Under the pieces are notes generated by a model. That model did no database searches. It had not been told where the DNA came from and worked only from the letters and a program-made list of their open reading frames with translations. Shown here piece by piece: positions 42,313-57,007 of a stretch of 64,000 bases of DNA. Each line of letters starts with the position of its first letter. Position 1 is the first letter of the stretch. Source of the stretch: Escherichia coli. GTDB taxonomy: Bacteria; Pseudomonadota; Gammaproteobacteria; Enterobacterales; Enterobacteriaceae. Where the stretch lies: NCBI RefSeq assembly GCF_016026235.1, contig NZ_CP065613.1; one strand, written 5' to 3'. The position numbers were made by a program, and so were the translations under genes.

Positions 42313-43103
42313 TTAACGTCCCCTGTGTTACCTTTCGTTTTATCACGAGCAATAAGCTGGCTGGCAATAACCATCACCAGCGACAGCACCAGTAATATGG
42401 TTGCCAGCGCGTTAACTTCCGGCGATACGCCGACTTTGACCATCGAATAAATTTTTAACGGCAGAATTTCATAACTCGGCCCGGTGACGAACGAAGAAAC
42501 CACCACATCGTCCATCGACAGGGTAAAGCTTAACACCCAGCCCGCCGCCACCGCTGGCATTGCCAGTGGCAGAATGATTTTTCGCAGAATGGTAAATTCG
42601 CTGGCACCGAGATCTTTCGCCGCTTCCAGCATTCGCACGTCAAAACCTTTCAGGCGCGAATACACCGTCACCACCACAAATGGCAGGCAGAAGGTGATAT
42701 GCGAGAACAGCAGCGACCAGAAGCCAAGCTGAATACCCAGCAGCATAAACAGCACCAGCAGCGAAATTGCCATCACGATATCTGGTGACATCATTACCAC
42801 AAACAGCATTCCGCTAACGAACGGCTTACCACGAAAGCGATAACGGTACAGTGCAACTGCCGTCAGTGAACCGATAAGAGTAGCAAACGTCGCCGAAAAC
42901 ACCGCCATTGTTAGTGAATGCTGCGCTGCCTGTAACAGGCTGTCGTTGTTCATCAGCAAGCTATACCATTTAGTGGTAAAACCCTGCCAGTTGATGCCAA
43001 AGCGCGAGCTGTTAAAGGAGTTCACAATCAAAATAATGATTGGGATATACAGGTACGCGTAGATAGCGGTCATAAAACCGCCGCGAAGCAGTCGACCGAT
43101 CAT
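42309..43103 (-). CDS. potC: Spermidine/putrescine ABC permease PotC
   Basis: 264-aa permease; overlaps the potD start by 4 bp. Confidence 0.92.
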   Translation of the reverse strand: MIGRLLRGGFMTAIYAYLYIPIIILIVNSFNSSRFGINWQGFTTKWYSLLMNNDSLLQAAQHSLTMAVFSATFATLIGSLTAVALYRYRFRGKPFVSGMLFVVMMSPDIVMAISLLVLFMLLGIQLGFWSLLFSHITFCLPFVVVTVYSRLKGFDVRMLEAAKDLGASEFTILRKIILPLAMPAVAAGWVLSFTLSMDDVVVSSFVTGPSYEILPLKIYSMVKVGVSPEVNALATILLVLSLVMVIASQLIARDKTKGNTGDVK

Positions 43104-43927
43104 TCGAGTTCCACCTTTTTATTCAGCAGACGAGAAGCGCGCCAGTAAACCAGCAACATCAGGCCCATTACGATAGTCAGCGTAATGCTGGTGGCTGCAC
43201 CAAACGGCCAGTCACGAATATTGAGGAACTGTACCTTGATGACGTTACCGATCAGCAGGTTTTTCGCACCGCCCATCAGGTCGGACACATAGAACAGGCC
43301 CATCGCTGGCAGCATCACCAGCAGACATCCGGCAATAATCCCCGGCATCGTCAGTGGAATAATGATACGGATAAAAGTCTGTAACTTGCTGGCACCGAGA
43401 TCGCGCGCCGCCTCAAGCAACGGCTTATCCAGTTTTTCGATACTGGAGTACAGCGGCATCACCATAAACGGCAGCAGAATGTAAACCAGACCGATAATCA
43501 CCGCACTGGGCGTGAACATGATACGGATTGGTGTGTCGATAACGCCCAGCCAGAGCAAAAACTCGTTGAGATAGCCTTTGGTGCTGAGGAAAATTTTCAG
43601 CCCGTAGATGCGAATCAGTGAGTTGGTCCAGAAGGGAACAATCAGCAGAAACAGCAGCAGCGGACGCACCTTGTGTGGCAGCTTCGCCAGAAACCAGGCA
43701 AACGGGTAGCCCAGCACCAGGCAGGCGAGGGTGGCGATCAGCGCCATATTCAGCGAGTGCAATAGCACTTCAAAATAGAGCGGATCGAGCAGACGTGTGT
43801 AGTTATCCAGCGTAAAGACCATTTTGACGAAACTGGCGTCGTCGCGGGTCAAAAAGCTGGTGCCAATGATCATCAGGTTGGGCAGAAAGACAAACAACAC
43901 AAGCCAACCGACAATAGTGACAATCAC
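43100..43927 (-). CDS. potB: Spermidine/putrescine ABC permease PotB
   Basis: Start set at a GTG to give about 275 aa (MIVTIVGW...); the track ORF begins 10 codons upstream. Confidence 0.88.
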   Translation of the reverse strand: MIVTIVGWLVLFVFLPNLMIIGTSFLTRDDASFVKMVFTLDNYTRLLDPLYFEVLLHSLNMALIATLACLVLGYPFAWFLAKLPHKVRPLLLFLLIVPFWTNSLIRIYGLKIFLSTKGYLNEFLLWLGVIDTPIRIMFTPSAVIIGLVYILLPFMVMPLYSSIEKLDKPLLEAARDLGASKLQTFIRIIIPLTMPGIIAGCLLVMLPAMGLFYVSDLMGGAKNLLIGNVIKVQFLNIRDWPFGAATSITLTIVMGLMLLVYWRASRLLNKKVELE

Positions 43928-43940
43928 TACATTCTGGAAC

Positions 43941-45077
43941 TTACTTGTGTTCTTCATCAGCCAGTACGACCTCCCAGCTTTCTACCCAATTAATGGCCAT
44001 TTTTTGGTCGAGAGAGTGGTCAAAGTCAGGATCGTCTTCATTGAAGAATTCGCTGACCATCACCATCTTGCCATTTTCCAGTTCAACAACCGACTCCAGC
44101 GTCATGCCTTTGTAGTTACGCTCACGAACGTAACCAATCAGCCCTTCAGCGTGGTTGTCGTCGTTAATCTCTTCAACACGTAAGTCTTCCGGGCGCAGCA
44201 GAACATGCAGTTTTTGCCCCGGTTCTACGGCGAAGTTAACGTAGATATTACATTCGCGGCCTTCAACGTTGGCGCGTACGCGCTGCTCGTCGAGACGTTC
44301 GATAACAGTGGCGTTAAACATATTGATTTCGCCAATGAACCCGGCAACAAACAGGTTTTTCGGCTCTTCGTAGATTTCACGCGGCGTGCCGTCTTGCTCA
44401 ATGCGACCATCGCGCATCACCACAATCCTGTCTGACATGGTGAGTGCTTCTTCCTGATCGTGAGTCACGAAGACGAATGTAATGCCAAGCTTACGCTGTA
44501 ACGCTTTCAGCTCGTTCTGCATTTGCTTACGCAGTTTGTAATCCAGCGCTGAGAGCGACTCATCCAGCAACAACAGACGAGGCTTGTTAACCACCGCGCG
44601 AGCAATGGCGACGCGTTGCTGTTGACCACCAGAGAGCTGATGCGGTTTACGTTGAGCGAAGGTTTCCAGCTGCACCATCCGCAGGGCTTCCATCACGCGG
44701 GGCGTAATTTCAGCAGCGGGGGTTTTTTGCATGCGCAACCCAAAGGCCACATTTTCGAACACGGTCATGTGGGGGAAAAGTGCGTAGCTTTGGAAAACAG
44801 TGTTCACATAGCGGTTTTCCGCCGGAACGTGGGTGATGTCCTCGTTATCCAGCATGATGCGTCCGGAATCAACAGTTTCCAGACCTGCAATCAGGCGAAG
44901 AACGGTTGTTTTACCGCAGCCAGAAGGGCCAAGCAGCGTGAGGAACTCGCCATTGTTGATAGTCAGATCCAACTGGGGAATGACCTCTTTACCATCAAAG
45001 CATTTGCGAATTCCCGCCAATTGCACCAGCGGTGAAAGCGAACTCGGTTGTTTATTCAATTTTTTACTCTGTCCCAT
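43941..45077 (-). CDS. potA: Spermidine/putrescine ABC transporter ATPase PotA
   Basis: 378-aa ORF with Walker [10 protein letters not shown] and signature LSGGQQQR. Confidence 0.93.
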
Positions 45078-45326
45078 GTAAACGCAACGGATGGCTTACC
45101 GATGCGGGGTTTGTGGTTAACCACCTTGGTGACTCTTAATGAGGGCGGTAATTCTACGGCAAACCGCTTGAATCGCCAATCTTTGTTGTGAATTACTGGC
45201 TTAGCTTTATATTCATTAAGGTAATGCTGATAAATATTCCCGCTTGCAGGGGTAAAAGTGACCTGACGCAATATTTGTCTTTTCTTGCTTCTTAATAATG
45301 TTGTCACAAAAAGTGAGGGTGACTAC

Positions 45327-46556
45327 ATGGATAAACTACTTGAGCGATTTTTGAACTACGTGTCTCTGGATACCCAATCAAAAGCAGGGGTGAGACAGGT
45401 TCCCAGCACGGAAGGCCAATGGAAGTTATTGCATCTGCTGAAAGAGCAGCTCGAAGAGATGGGGCTTATCAATGTGACCTTAAGTGAGAAGGGCACTTTG
45501 ATGGCGACGTTACCGGCTAACGTCCCTGGCGATATCCCGGCGATTGGCTTTATTTCTCATGTGGATACCTCACCGGATTGCAGCGGCAAAAATGTGAATC
45601 CGCAAATTGTTGAAAACTATCGCGGTGGCGATATTGCGCTGGGTATCGGCGATGAAGTTTTATCACCGGTTATGTTCCCGGTGCTGCATCAGCTACTGGG
45701 TCAGACGCTGATTACTACCGATGGTAAAACCTTGTTAGGTGCCGATGACAAAGCCGGTATTGCAGAAATCATGACCGCGCTGGCGGTATTGCAACAGAAA
45801 AACATTCCGCATGGTGATATTCGCGTCGCCTTTACCCCGGATGAAGAAGTGGGCAAAGGGGCGAAACATTTTGATGTTGACGCCTTCGATGCCCGCTGGG
45901 CTTACACTGTTGATGGTGGTGGTGTAGGCGAACTGGAGTTTGAAAACTTCAACGCCGCGTCGGTCAATATCAAAATTGTCGGTAACAATGTTCACCCGGG
46001 TACGGCGAAAGGAGTGATGGTAAATGCGCTGTCGCTGGCGGCACGTATTCATGCGGAAGTTCCGGCGGATGAAAGCCCGGAAATGACAGAAGGCTATGAA
46101 GGTTTCTATCACCTGGCGAGCATGAAAGGCACCGTTGAACGGGCCGATATGCACTACATCATCCGTGATTTCGACCGTAAACAGTTTGAAGCGCGTAAAC
46201 GTAAAATGATGGAGATCGCCAAAAAAGTGGGCAAAGGGTTACATCCTGATTGCTACATTGAATTGGTGATTGAAGACAGTTACTACAATATGCGCGAGAA
46301 AGTGGTTGAGCATCCGCATATTCTCGATATCGCCCAGCAGGCGATGCGTGACTGCGATATTGAACCGGAACTGAAACCGATCCGCGGTGGTACCGACGGC
46401 GCGCAGTTGTCGTTTATGGGATTACCGTGCCCGAACCTGTTCACTGGCGGTTACAACTATCATGGTAAGCATGAGTTTGTGACTCTGGAAGGTATGGAAA
46501 AAGCGGTGCAGGTGATCGTCCGTATTGCCGAGTTAACGGCGCAACGGAAGTCGTGA
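45327..46556 (+). CDS. pepT: Peptidase T (tripeptide aminopeptidase)
   Basis: M20-family metallopeptidase; start set at [19 protein letters not shown]. Confidence 0.9.
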   Translation: MDKLLERFLNYVSLDTQSKAGVRQVPSTEGQWKLLHLLKEQLEEMGLINVTLSEKGTLMATLPANVPGDIPAIGFISHVDTSPDCSGKNVNPQIVENYRGGDIALGIGDEVLSPVMFPVLHQLLGQTLITTDGKTLLGADDKAGIAEIMTALAVLQQKNIPHGDIRVAFTPDEEVGKGAKHFDVDAFDARWAYTVDGGGVGELEFENFNAASVNIKIVGNNVHPGTAKGVMVNALSLAARIHAEVPADESPEMTEGYEGFYHLASMKGTVERADMHYIIRDFDRKQFEARKRKMMEIAKKVGKGLHPDCYIELVIEDSYYNMREKVVEHPHILDIAQQAMRDCDIEPELKPIRGGTDGAQLSFMGLPCPNLFTGGYNYHGKHEFVTLEGMEKAVQVIVRIAELTAQRKS

Positions 46557-46690
46557 TTGCCCGATGCGTATGTGGACTGCCAATTACCGGGATGAAACCG
46601 TTATATTGACACTGGTCCACATACTTATCGTGCCTACAGGCGTTCAGTGCATGTAGGCACGATAAGGCGCAATCAGCGCCGCATCCGGCT
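46557..46690. repeat. REP-like palindromic sequences in the pepT-roxA gap
   Basis: Inverted repeats gtggaccagtgtcaatataacgg / cactggtccacatac and gcgccgcatccggc. Confidence 0.4.
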
Positions 46691-46701
46691 TAAATCCAAA
46701 C

Positions 46702-47823
46702 TTACCCTTCGAAGAACCAATACCCGCTATTGACCAGCGCCGCGAGCATCGCGAGGAATGACGGATCTTCCAGCGCATCGCCAAAATTCTCCGCAGTCAG
46801 CGCAATGTTGCTGGCGAGTGCATCCAGTGCCGGACGGTGCGGGGAATCGATCTTCTCACCATTGGCATACACGTCGTCGCCAATGCGCAATACGCGCAGA
46901 CCACCCAGGCGCACCAGCACATCACCTTGTTTCAGCGCATCGTAGATCTCATCTGGCTGATAAGGCGGCTCTGGCGGCGCGATATCCAGTTCATGACGTG
47001 ACTGGGATATAAACTCGCCAAACCATTGCTTAAAGTGTTCCGGCTGGTTGATCAATTCGAGCATCATCTCACGCAGTTTATCCATCTCTTGCGGCAGAAC
47101 ATCCGCAGGATGAGCGCGAGGTGGAACATCAGGATCGCTGTAGTAGTTGCCGCCCAGTTCACGTTGCAGCACATAATCGGCAAATCCACTAATCAGTTCC
47201 CGCGTATTTGGCGCGCGAAAACCCACGGAATAGTTCATCGCATTTTCCAGCGCGTAGCCTTCATGCGGGAATCCTGGCGGAATATAAAGAATATCACCAG
47301 GCTCCAGCTCTTCATCGATGATGGCTTCGAACGGATCGACCTGTAACAGATCCGGATGTGGGCAGTGCTGTTTCATTTGCAGCTTTTCGCCCACTCGCCA
47401 GCGACGACGTCCGGTACCCTGAATGATAAACACGTCGTACTGATCGAGATGCGGGCCGACGCCGCCGCCAGGTACAGAAAAAGAGATCATCAGATCATCA
47501 ATACGCCAGTCCGGTAGTTCACGGAACGGTCGCATCAGCGCGGCGGTCGGCTCATGCCAGTGGTTCACTGCTTGCACTAACAATGACCAGTTAGTTTCAC
47601 CGAGATGATCGTAGCTTTCGAACGGACCGTGGCTGACCTGCCATTTTCCATCCTGGTGACTGACCAGTCGACTGTCGACTTCGCTTTCCATCGCCAGACC
47701 CGCCAACTCGTCTGGAGAGATCGGGTCAATAAAATTATTAAAGCCGCGTTTTAACACCACCGGGCGTTTCTGCCAGTGACGTTCAAGAAAATCGGGCCAG
47801 TTAAGAGTGAGTTGGTATTCCAT
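46702..47823 (-). CDS. roxA: Ribosomal protein L16 Arg81 hydroxylase RoxA (YcfD), JmjC/cupin
   Basis: Start set at MEYQLTLNWPDFLERHWQKRP to give about 373 aa. Confidence 0.85.
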   Translation of the reverse strand: MEYQLTLNWPDFLERHWQKRPVVLKRGFNNFIDPISPDELAGLAMESEVDSRLVSHQDGKWQVSHGPFESYDHLGETNWSLLVQAVNHWHEPTAALMRPFRELPDWRIDDLMISFSVPGGGVGPHLDQYDVFIIQGTGRRRWRVGEKLQMKQHCPHPDLLQVDPFEAIIDEELEPGDILYIPPGFPHEGYALENAMNYSVGFRAPNTRELISGFADYVLQRELGGNYYSDPDVPPRAHPADVLPQEMDKLREMMLELINQPEHFKQWFGEFISQSRHELDIAPPEPPYQPDEIYDALKQGDVLVRLGGLRVLRIGDDVYANGEKIDSPHRPALDALASNIALTAENFGDALEDPSFLAMLAALVNSGYWFFEG

Positions 47824-47898
47824 GTTAAGCATCCACAGGCTGGTATCTGCAACCGATTATAACGGATGCTTAACGTAATGCGTGAAGTATGGACATAT

Positions 47899-49359
47899 TT
47901 ATTCATCTTTCGGCGTAGAATGCTGGCGACCAAAAATCACCTCCATCCGCGCACCGCCAAGCATGCTCTCTCCGGCGACGATTTTACCCTCATATTGCTC
48001 GGTGATTTCGCGGGCTACCGCCAGCCCTACACCTTGCCCAGGGCGTAAAGTATCAACCCGTTGACCACGGTCGAAAATGACCTCTCGCTTGCTTAATGGA
48101 ATACCGGGTCCATCATCCTCGACCACAATATAGAGATGCTCGTCGGTTTGCCTTGCAGAAATTTCGACAAACTCGAGGCAATATTTACAGGCATTATCCA
48201 GCACATTGCCCATCACCTCGACAAAATCGTTCTGCTCACCGACAAAGCTGATCTCTGGCGAAATATCGAGAGAGATATTGACCCCTTTGCGTTGATACAC
48301 TTTGTTCAGCGCCGAGGTGAGATTGTCCAGCAGTGGGGCGACCGGATGCAGCTCGCGGCTGAGCAATGTCCCGCCGCGCATACTGGCACGATGCAGGTAG
48401 TAGCCAATTTGCTGTGAAATGCGGCTGATTTGCTCCAGCATTACCGGTTCAGCATCACTGACGCTCATCTTTTCACTACGCAGAGAACGCAGCGTACTTT
48501 GCAGCACCGCCAGTGGCGTTTTCAGACTATGGGTCAGGTCGGTGAGCGTTGTACGATATTTGTCGTAACGTTCGCGTTCACTTTTTAACAATCGGTTCAG
48601 GTTTCGTACCAGACTGGTCAGTTCTCGCGTTGTGGCTGGATTGAGCAATTCGCGGTTATGTTCTTCCAGTTCGCGGACTTCTTTTGCCAGAGCTTCGATG
48701 GGGCGTAAACTCCACCAGGCGGCGACCCACAGCAGCGGGATCACTAACAGCAGATTGGCTGAGAGCACATAGATAAACCAGCTCCAGACCATATAGGAAC
48801 TTTTTAGCTCCACCGGAATGGTATCCACCACCACAATGGTTAACTTTGGCATCCGCGATGTTGCCGGGTAGACGTTTACCGCCACCGAGTGGGTCATCTC
48901 CGCGTCGTCATCATCTTCCCGCACTTCCTGCAACTGTTGCTGTATCGAATGATCTCCACTCAGCAAGAGGCTGGTATCGTTAACATCCGCTTCAATTTCA
49001 TGAAAACCATTCGATTTCAGCCAGTCAGGCTGGATCATCTTCATCAGCCAGGGCACGTCACGTTGCGCCCATAAAAGCTGCCCGTTCTCATCATAAATTA
49101 GCGTCATGGTGGGGCTTTGCTTGTCGATATTTTCGGGTAACTCGACATGCAACTTATTGTTTTCCCACTTCGCAAGGGTATAGAACAGATTGCTCTCGCC
49201 ACGTAACAGCCGAAACGTAGTTTTATCGAAACTGACGCTATAACCGATCAGCGCGACCATTCCGTAGGCAAGCGAAAGCACCAGTACTACCGCTGCCGTT
49301 GCCAACAGAAAACGTACCCGCAGCGAGAGCGGGAAAAAAAGACGCAGTAATTTTTTCAT
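47899..49359 (-). CDS. phoQ: Sensor histidine kinase PhoQ
   Basis: 486-aa ORF with two transmembrane segments flanking a periplasmic domain, an H-box ([12 protein letters not shown]) and ATPase domain. Confidence 0.95.
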   Translation of the reverse strand: MKKLLRLFFPLSLRVRFLLATAAVVLVLSLAYGMVALIGYSVSFDKTTFRLLRGESNLFYTLAKWENNKLHVELPENIDKQSPTMTLIYDENGQLLWAQRDVPWLMKMIQPDWLKSNGFHEIEADVNDTSLLLSGDHSIQQQLQEVREDDDDAEMTHSVAVNVYPATSRMPKLTIVVVDTIPVELKSSYMVWSWFIYVLSANLLLVIPLLWVAAWWSLRPIEALAKEVRELEEHNRELLNPATTRELTSLVRNLNRLLKSERERYDKYRTTLTDLTHSLKTPLAVLQSTLRSLRSEKMSVSDAEPVMLEQISRISQQIGYYLHRASMRGGTLLSRELHPVAPLLDNLTSALNKVYQRKGVNISLDISPEISFVGEQNDFVEVMGNVLDNACKYCLEFVEISARQTDEHLYIVVEDDGPGIPLSKREVIFDRGQRVDTLRPGQGVGLAVAREITEQYEGKIVAGESMLGGARMEVIFGRQHSTPKDE

Positions 49360-50030
49360 CAGCGCAATTCGAACAGATAGCCCTGGCCGCGAACGGTGGT
49401 AATCACTTCTTGGGGATATTGTGCCTGAATTTTTTTGCGCAGACGTCCCATCAGTACATCAATGGTATGGCTTTCCCGCAGCTCCGCATCCGGATAGAGT
49501 TGGAGCATTAACGAATCTTTGCTGACCACTTTGCCATTATTGCGTATCAACGTTTCCATAATGGTGTATTCGAACGCGGTCAGTTTGATCACTTCGTCAT
49601 TAATAGATAATTCACGGCGAGAGAGATCAACCTGAAACGGGGGTAGCGAAATGACCTGTGAAGCCAGACCGCTATTACGCCGCATTAATGCCTGCATTCG
49701 CGCCATCACCTCTTCAATATGAAATGGTTTAGTCACGTAATCATCAGCACCAGCACTTAATACTTCGACTTTGTCCTGCCAGCTTTCACGGGCGGTTAAT
49801 ACCAGAATCGGCAGTGAAACATCATTGCTACGCCAGCGGCGAATCAGTGACAGACCGTCCTCGTCTGGCAATCCGAGATCGACAATCGCAATATCCGGTA
49901 AATGTTCATTGAGATAATAATCGGCTTCTTTGGCATCTTCTGCATCATCGACCTGATGACCAGCATCCTGAATCTGAACTTTAAGGTGGTGACGTAACAA
50001 CGCATTGTCTTCAACAACCAGTACGCGCAT
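49359..50030 (-). CDS. phoP: Response regulator PhoP (OmpR family)
   Basis: 223-aa [35 protein letters not shown]; its stop overlaps the phoQ start by 1 bp. Confidence 0.95.
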   Translation of the reverse strand: MRVLVVEDNALLRHHLKVQIQDAGHQVDDAEDAKEADYYLNEHLPDIAIVDLGLPDEDGLSLIRRWRSNDVSLPILVLTARESWQDKVEVLSAGADDYVTKPFHIEEVMARMQALMRRNSGLASQVISLPPFQVDLSRRELSINDEVIKLTAFEYTIMETLIRNNGKVVSKDSLMLQLYPDAELRESHTIDVLMGRLRKKIQAQYPQEVITTVRGQGYLFELR

Positions 50031-50090
50031 TTTTATTTCTCCCTGTCTTAATTATTAAAATAGTGTAACGCGATTATGTGGTTATGGGGG

Positions 50091-50107
50091 TAAACATTAA
50101 ATAAACC
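50091..50107 (-). promoter_or_regulatory. PhoP box (direct repeat) in the phoPQ promoter
   Basis: Minus-strand sequence GGTTTATTTAATGTTTA, matching the (T/G)GTTTA-N5-(T/G)GTTTA PhoP-box form, about 60-80 bp upstream of phoP. Confidence 0.7.
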
Positions 50108-50197
50108 AGCGGGGAGGGGAGGTAAAGTGAAAAAATAAAAAGCGGATAATCTTAATAAGCAGGCCGGACAGCATCGCCATCCGGCACTGATACGAGT

Positions 50198-51571
<1,374 letters not shown>

Positions 51572-52213
51572 TCACAACTCCGGGGTTAAATGAGCAAGAA
51601 TTTGTTTTGCCTGAGTGGTCAGGCGATTACGAGAAAACATCAATTGCAGACGTCCGCCGCCGACCTGGTGCCAGAGCACGGCGGCGCGAATGCCTGCCAG
51701 CAGGGTTGCGCGAACTTTCGCCTGCACTTGTGGGCTTTGCAGTACAGCAGGGGAACCGGTGACCTGAATGCGCGGGCCAAGCGGGCTAATCACATCAACA
51801 TAGATAGCAGCCATCGCGCTCATCAGCGTTTCGGACTGTAAATCGAAGTGTTCGAGCTGGCGTTGCAGGCCGTTGATCCGGTTGCCCAGAGTGTCGAGCG
51901 CACCTTTCGCTGAGGAGAGTTTGCGCTCAAGCACCATCAGACTGAGTGTGTAGCGGGTTAATTCGGCGTTTAAGCCCTGGCGACTGCTGGCATTGAGCAC
52001 GCCGAGCAGGGTTTCCAGCCCGACGCGCAGGTTGGCTTCGCTACCGCCAAAAACCGCCAGCGTCGAGCTGGGGTTCATATCAATAATACTGTTGAGTGAG
52101 ACGTGTAGCGCATCGGCATCACAATGCCCCTGGTGAGCGAGTTGTTGCACCAGGCGTGCCGACTGACAAATACCGGCCAGGGCGAGGGTGATGTCATAGT
52201 AATTCTTTGCCAC
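51572..52213 (-). CDS. hflD: High-frequency lysogenization protein HflD
   Basis: Start set at a GTG ([17 protein letters not shown]) to give about 213 aa. Confidence 0.88.
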   Translation of the reverse strand: MAKNYYDITLALAGICQSARLVQQLAHQGHCDADALHVSLNSIIDMNPSSTLAVFGGSEANLRVGLETLLGVLNASSRQGLNAELTRYTLSLMVLERKLSSAKGALDTLGNRINGLQRQLEHFDLQSETLMSAMAAIYVDVISPLGPRIQVTGSPAVLQSPQVQAKVRATLLAGIRAAVLWHQVGGGRLQLMFSRNRLTTQAKQILAHLTPEL

Positions 52214-52248
52214 GTTCACTGCTTCCTTGTTTTAAGTAAAGATAATAA

Positions 52249-53870
<1,622 letters not shown>

Positions 53871-53879
53871 TTTGCATCC

Positions 53880-54533
53880 TTAATCTGTCACTTCTCGCCA
53901 TTCGCCATTAGCAAGATTATCCAAAGAGTAATCACCCATCGCATAGCGAATCAGTCGCAGCGTGGGGAAACCAACATGGGCGGTCATGCGGCGCACCTGG
54001 CGATTACGTCCTTCATATAAGGTGATCTTCAGCCAGCTGGTGGGAATACTTTTGCGTTCACGAATTGGTGGATTCCGCGGCCATAACCACGCAGGTTCGT
54101 CAACCAGCTCCGCGCCGGCGGGCAGGGTAGGGCCATCATTTAAGGTTACGCCATTGCGCAAGGCTTCAAGTGCGTCTTGTGTGGGAATACCTTCCACCTG
54201 CACATAATAGATTTTTCCGGTGCGTTTACCCGGCTGGGTTAAACGCGCCTGCAACGCGCCGTTATTGGTCAGCACCAGTAACCCTTCGCTATCGCGGTCA
54301 AGACGACCTGCTGCATAAACGCCCTGAACCGGGATGAATTCTTTTAATGTTTTGCGTCCGGCTTCATCGGTGAACTGCGGAAGAACATCGTAGGGTTTAT
54401 TGAACAGGATCACACGCGTGGGCTGGTTTTCAGGTTTACGCCTGGTAGAACGTTGCGAGCTGAATCGCTTAACCTGGTGATTTCTAAAAGAAGTTTTTTG
54501 CATGGTATTTTCAGAGATTATGAATTGCCGCAT
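53880..54533 (-). CDS. rluE: 23S rRNA pseudouridine synthase RluE
   Basis: 217-aa RsuA-family ORF ([17 protein letters not shown]). Confidence 0.9.
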
Positions 54534-54705
54534 TATAGCCTAATAACGCGCATCTTTCATGACGGCAAACAATAGGGTAGTATTGACAAGCCAATTACAA
54601 ATCATTAACAAAAAAATTGCTCTAAAGCATCCGTATCGCAGGACGCAAACGCATATGCAACGTGGTGGCAGACGAGCAAACCAGTAGCGCTCGAAGGAGA
54701 GGTGA

Positions 54706-55956
54706 ATGGAAAGTAAAGTAGTTGTTCCGGCACAAGGCAAGAAGATCACCCTGCAAAACGGCAAACTCAACGTTCCTGAAAATCCGATTATCCCTTACAT
54801 TGAAGGTGATGGAATCGGTGTAGATGTAACCCCAGCCATGCTGAAAGTGGTCGATGCTGCAGTCGAGAAAGCCTATAAAGGTGAGCGTAAAATCTCCTGG
54901 ATGGAAATTTACACCGGTGAAAAATCCACACAGGTTTATGGTCAGGACGTCTGGTTGCCTGCTGAAACTCTTGATCTGATTCGTGAATATCGCGTTGCTA
55001 TTAAAGGCCCGCTGACCACTCCGGTTGGTGGCGGTATTCGTTCTCTCAACGTTGCCCTGCGCCAGGAACTGGATCTCTACATCTGCCTGCGTCCGGTACG
55101 TTACTATCAGGGCACCCCAAGCCCGGTTAAACACCCTGAACTGACCGATATGGTTATCTTCCGTGAAAACTCGGAAGACATTTATGCAGGTATCGAATGG
55201 AAAGCTGACTCTGCCGACGCTGAGAAAGTGATTAAATTCCTGCGTGAAGAGATGGGCGTGAAGAAAATTCGCTTCCCGGAACATTGTGGTATCGGTATTA
55301 AGCCGTGTTCAGAAGAAGGCACTAAACGTCTGGTTCGTGCAGCGATCGAATACGCAATTGCTAACGATCGTGACTCTGTGACTCTGGTACACAAAGGCAA
55401 TATCATGAAGTTCACCGAAGGCGCGTTTAAAGACTGGGGCTACCAGCTTGCGCGTGAAGAGTTTGGCGGTGAACCGATCGACGGTGGCCCGTGGCTGAAA
55501 GTCAAAAACCCGAACACCGGCAAAGAGATCGTCATTAAAGACGTGATCGCTGATGCGTTCCTGCAACAGATCCTGCTGCGTCCGGCTGAATATGATGTTA
55601 TCGCCTGTATGAACCTGAACGGTGACTACATTTCTGACGCCCTGGCAGCGCAGGTTGGCGGTATCGGTATCGCCCCTGGCGCAAACATCGGTGACGAATG
55701 CGCCCTGTTTGAAGCTACCCACGGTACTGCGCCGAAATATGCCGGTCAGGACAAAGTTAACCCAGGTTCTATTATTCTCTCTGCTGAGATGATGTTACGC
55801 CACATGGGTTGGACCGAAGCCGCAGACCTGATTGTTAAAGGTATGGAAGGCGCAATCAATGCGAAGACCGTAACCTATGACTTCGAACGTCTGATGGAAG
55901 GCGCTAAACTGCTGAAATGTTCAGAGTTTGGTGATGCGATCATCAAAAATATGTAA
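54706..55956 (+). CDS. icd: Isocitrate dehydrogenase (NADP)
   Basis: 416-aa [43 protein letters not shown]; full length and uninterrupted. Confidence 0.97.
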   Translation: MESKVVVPAQGKKITLQNGKLNVPENPIIPYIEGDGIGVDVTPAMLKVVDAAVEKAYKGERKISWMEIYTGEKSTQVYGQDVWLPAETLDLIREYRVAIKGPLTTPVGGGIRSLNVALRQELDLYICLRPVRYYQGTPSPVKHPELTDMVIFRENSEDIYAGIEWKADSADAEKVIKFLREEMGVKKIRFPEHCGIGIKPCSEEGTKRLVRAAIEYAIANDRDSVTLVHKGNIMKFTEGAFKDWGYQLAREEFGGEPIDGGPWLKVKNPNTGKEIVIKDVIADAFLQQILLRPAEYDVIACMNLNGDYISDALAAQVGGIGIAPGANIGDECALFEATHGTAPKYAGQDKVNPGSIILSAEMMLRHMGWTEAADLIVKGMEGAINAKTVTYDFERLMEGAKLLKCSEFGDAIIKNM

Positions 55957-55978
55957 ACACTACATGTGTTAAATATTT

Positions 55979-56010
55979 AAACGGGCGTATAACACGCCCG
56001 TTGTTTTATT
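55979..56010 (+). terminator. Intrinsic terminator after icd
   Basis: Stem aaacgggcg/cgcccgtt with loop tataaca, followed by gttttattt. Confidence 0.7.
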
Positions 56011-56309
56011 TATGTGGATATTATTAATAGCATATCGAGCATATTTATATAAAACCCATTACTTGAGCCCATATGGGCATATTTTTATAATACAACTCTT
56101 ATGCAAACATTTATTTGTTATTTCGCTTTCTCCTGGAGGACACTCTTGACTGCTTTTGAGTAAACTCCATAAATTCTTGTTGAATGGTGCAATGTTATAA
56201 ATAGTTATAGGATATTCTTTATCCTTAAGGATAATACCAGGCTTAACCAGTGTAGGTAATGCTGCCAACTTACTGATTTAGTGTATGATGGTGATTTTAA
56301 GGTGCTTGC

Positions 56310-56585
56310 GTGGCTTCCATTTCCATCAGATGTCCTTCCTGCTCCGCTACTGAAGGCGTGGTGCGTAACGGCAAAAGCACTGCCGGACATCAGCGCTATC
56401 TCTGCTCTCATTGCCGTAAAACATGGCAACTACAGTTCACTTACACCGCCTCTCAGCCCGGTACGCACCAGAAAATCATTGATATGGCCATGAATGGCGT
56501 CGGATGTCGCGCCAGTGCACGCATTATGGGCGTTGGCCTCAACACGGTTTTACGTCACTTAAAAAACTCAGGCCGCAGTCGGTAA
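56310..56585 (+). CDS. insA: IS1 InsA (transposition inhibitor / N-terminal part of the transposase)
   Basis: 91-aa [43 protein letters not shown]... with a zinc-finger Cys cluster; the A6C slippery site TTAAAAAAC lies at 56559-56567. Confidence 0.93.
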   Translation: MASISIRCPSCSATEGVVRNGKSTAGHQRYLCSHCRKTWQLQFTYTASQPGTHQKIIDMAMNGVGCRASARIMGVGLNTVLRHLKNSGRSR

Positions 56586-57007
56586 CCTCGCGCATACAAC
56601 CGGGCAGTGATGTGATTGTCTGCGCTGAAATGGACGAACAGTGGGGCTACGTCGGTGCTAAATCACGTCAGCGCTGGCTGTTTTACGCGTATGACAGGAT
56701 ACGGAGGACGGTTGTGGCGCACGTCTTCGGTGAACGCACTCTGGCCACACTGGAGCGTCTTCTGAGCCTGCTGTCGGCCTTTGAGGTCGTGGTATGGATG
56801 ACGGATGGCTGGCCGCTGTATGAATCACGCCTGAAGGGAAAGCTGCACGTTATCAGCAAGCGTTACACTCAGCGCATTGAGCGACATAATCTGAATCTGA
56901 GACAACATCTGGCAAGGCTGGGACGGAAGTCACTGTCGTTCTCAAAATCGGTGGAGCTGCATGACAAGGTCATCGGGCATTATCTGAACATAAAACACTA
57001 TCAGTAA
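56504..57007 (+). CDS. insB: IS1 InsB reading frame, expressed as the InsAB' transposase by -1 frameshifting
   Basis: 167-aa -1-frame ORF overlapping the insA 3' end and containing the DDE-like catalytic region. Confidence 0.9.
   Translation: MSRQCTHYGRWPQHGFTSLKKLRPQSVTSRIQPGSDVIVCAEMDEQWGYVGAKSRQRWLFYAYDRIRRTVVAHVFGERTLATLERLLSLLSAFEVVVWMTDGWPLYESRLKGKLHVISKRYTQRIERHNLNLRQHLARLGRKSLSFSKSVELHDKVIGHYLNIKHYQ

Noticed and set aside
54622-55284. 220-aa minus-strand ORF antisense to icd
   Set aside because: icd on the plus strand is full length and highly recognisable; the antisense frame is a by-product.
56059-56268. Track ORF MAALPTLVKPG... called as a stand-alone 69-aa gene
   Set aside because: Its apparent start codon lies inside the IS1 terminal repeat; it is the 3' fragment of iraM read through the insertion junction, not an independent gene.
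56205-56429. 74-aa minus-strand ORF inside the IS1 left end
   Set aside because: Antisense to insA within a well-defined insertion sequence; no support as a gene.
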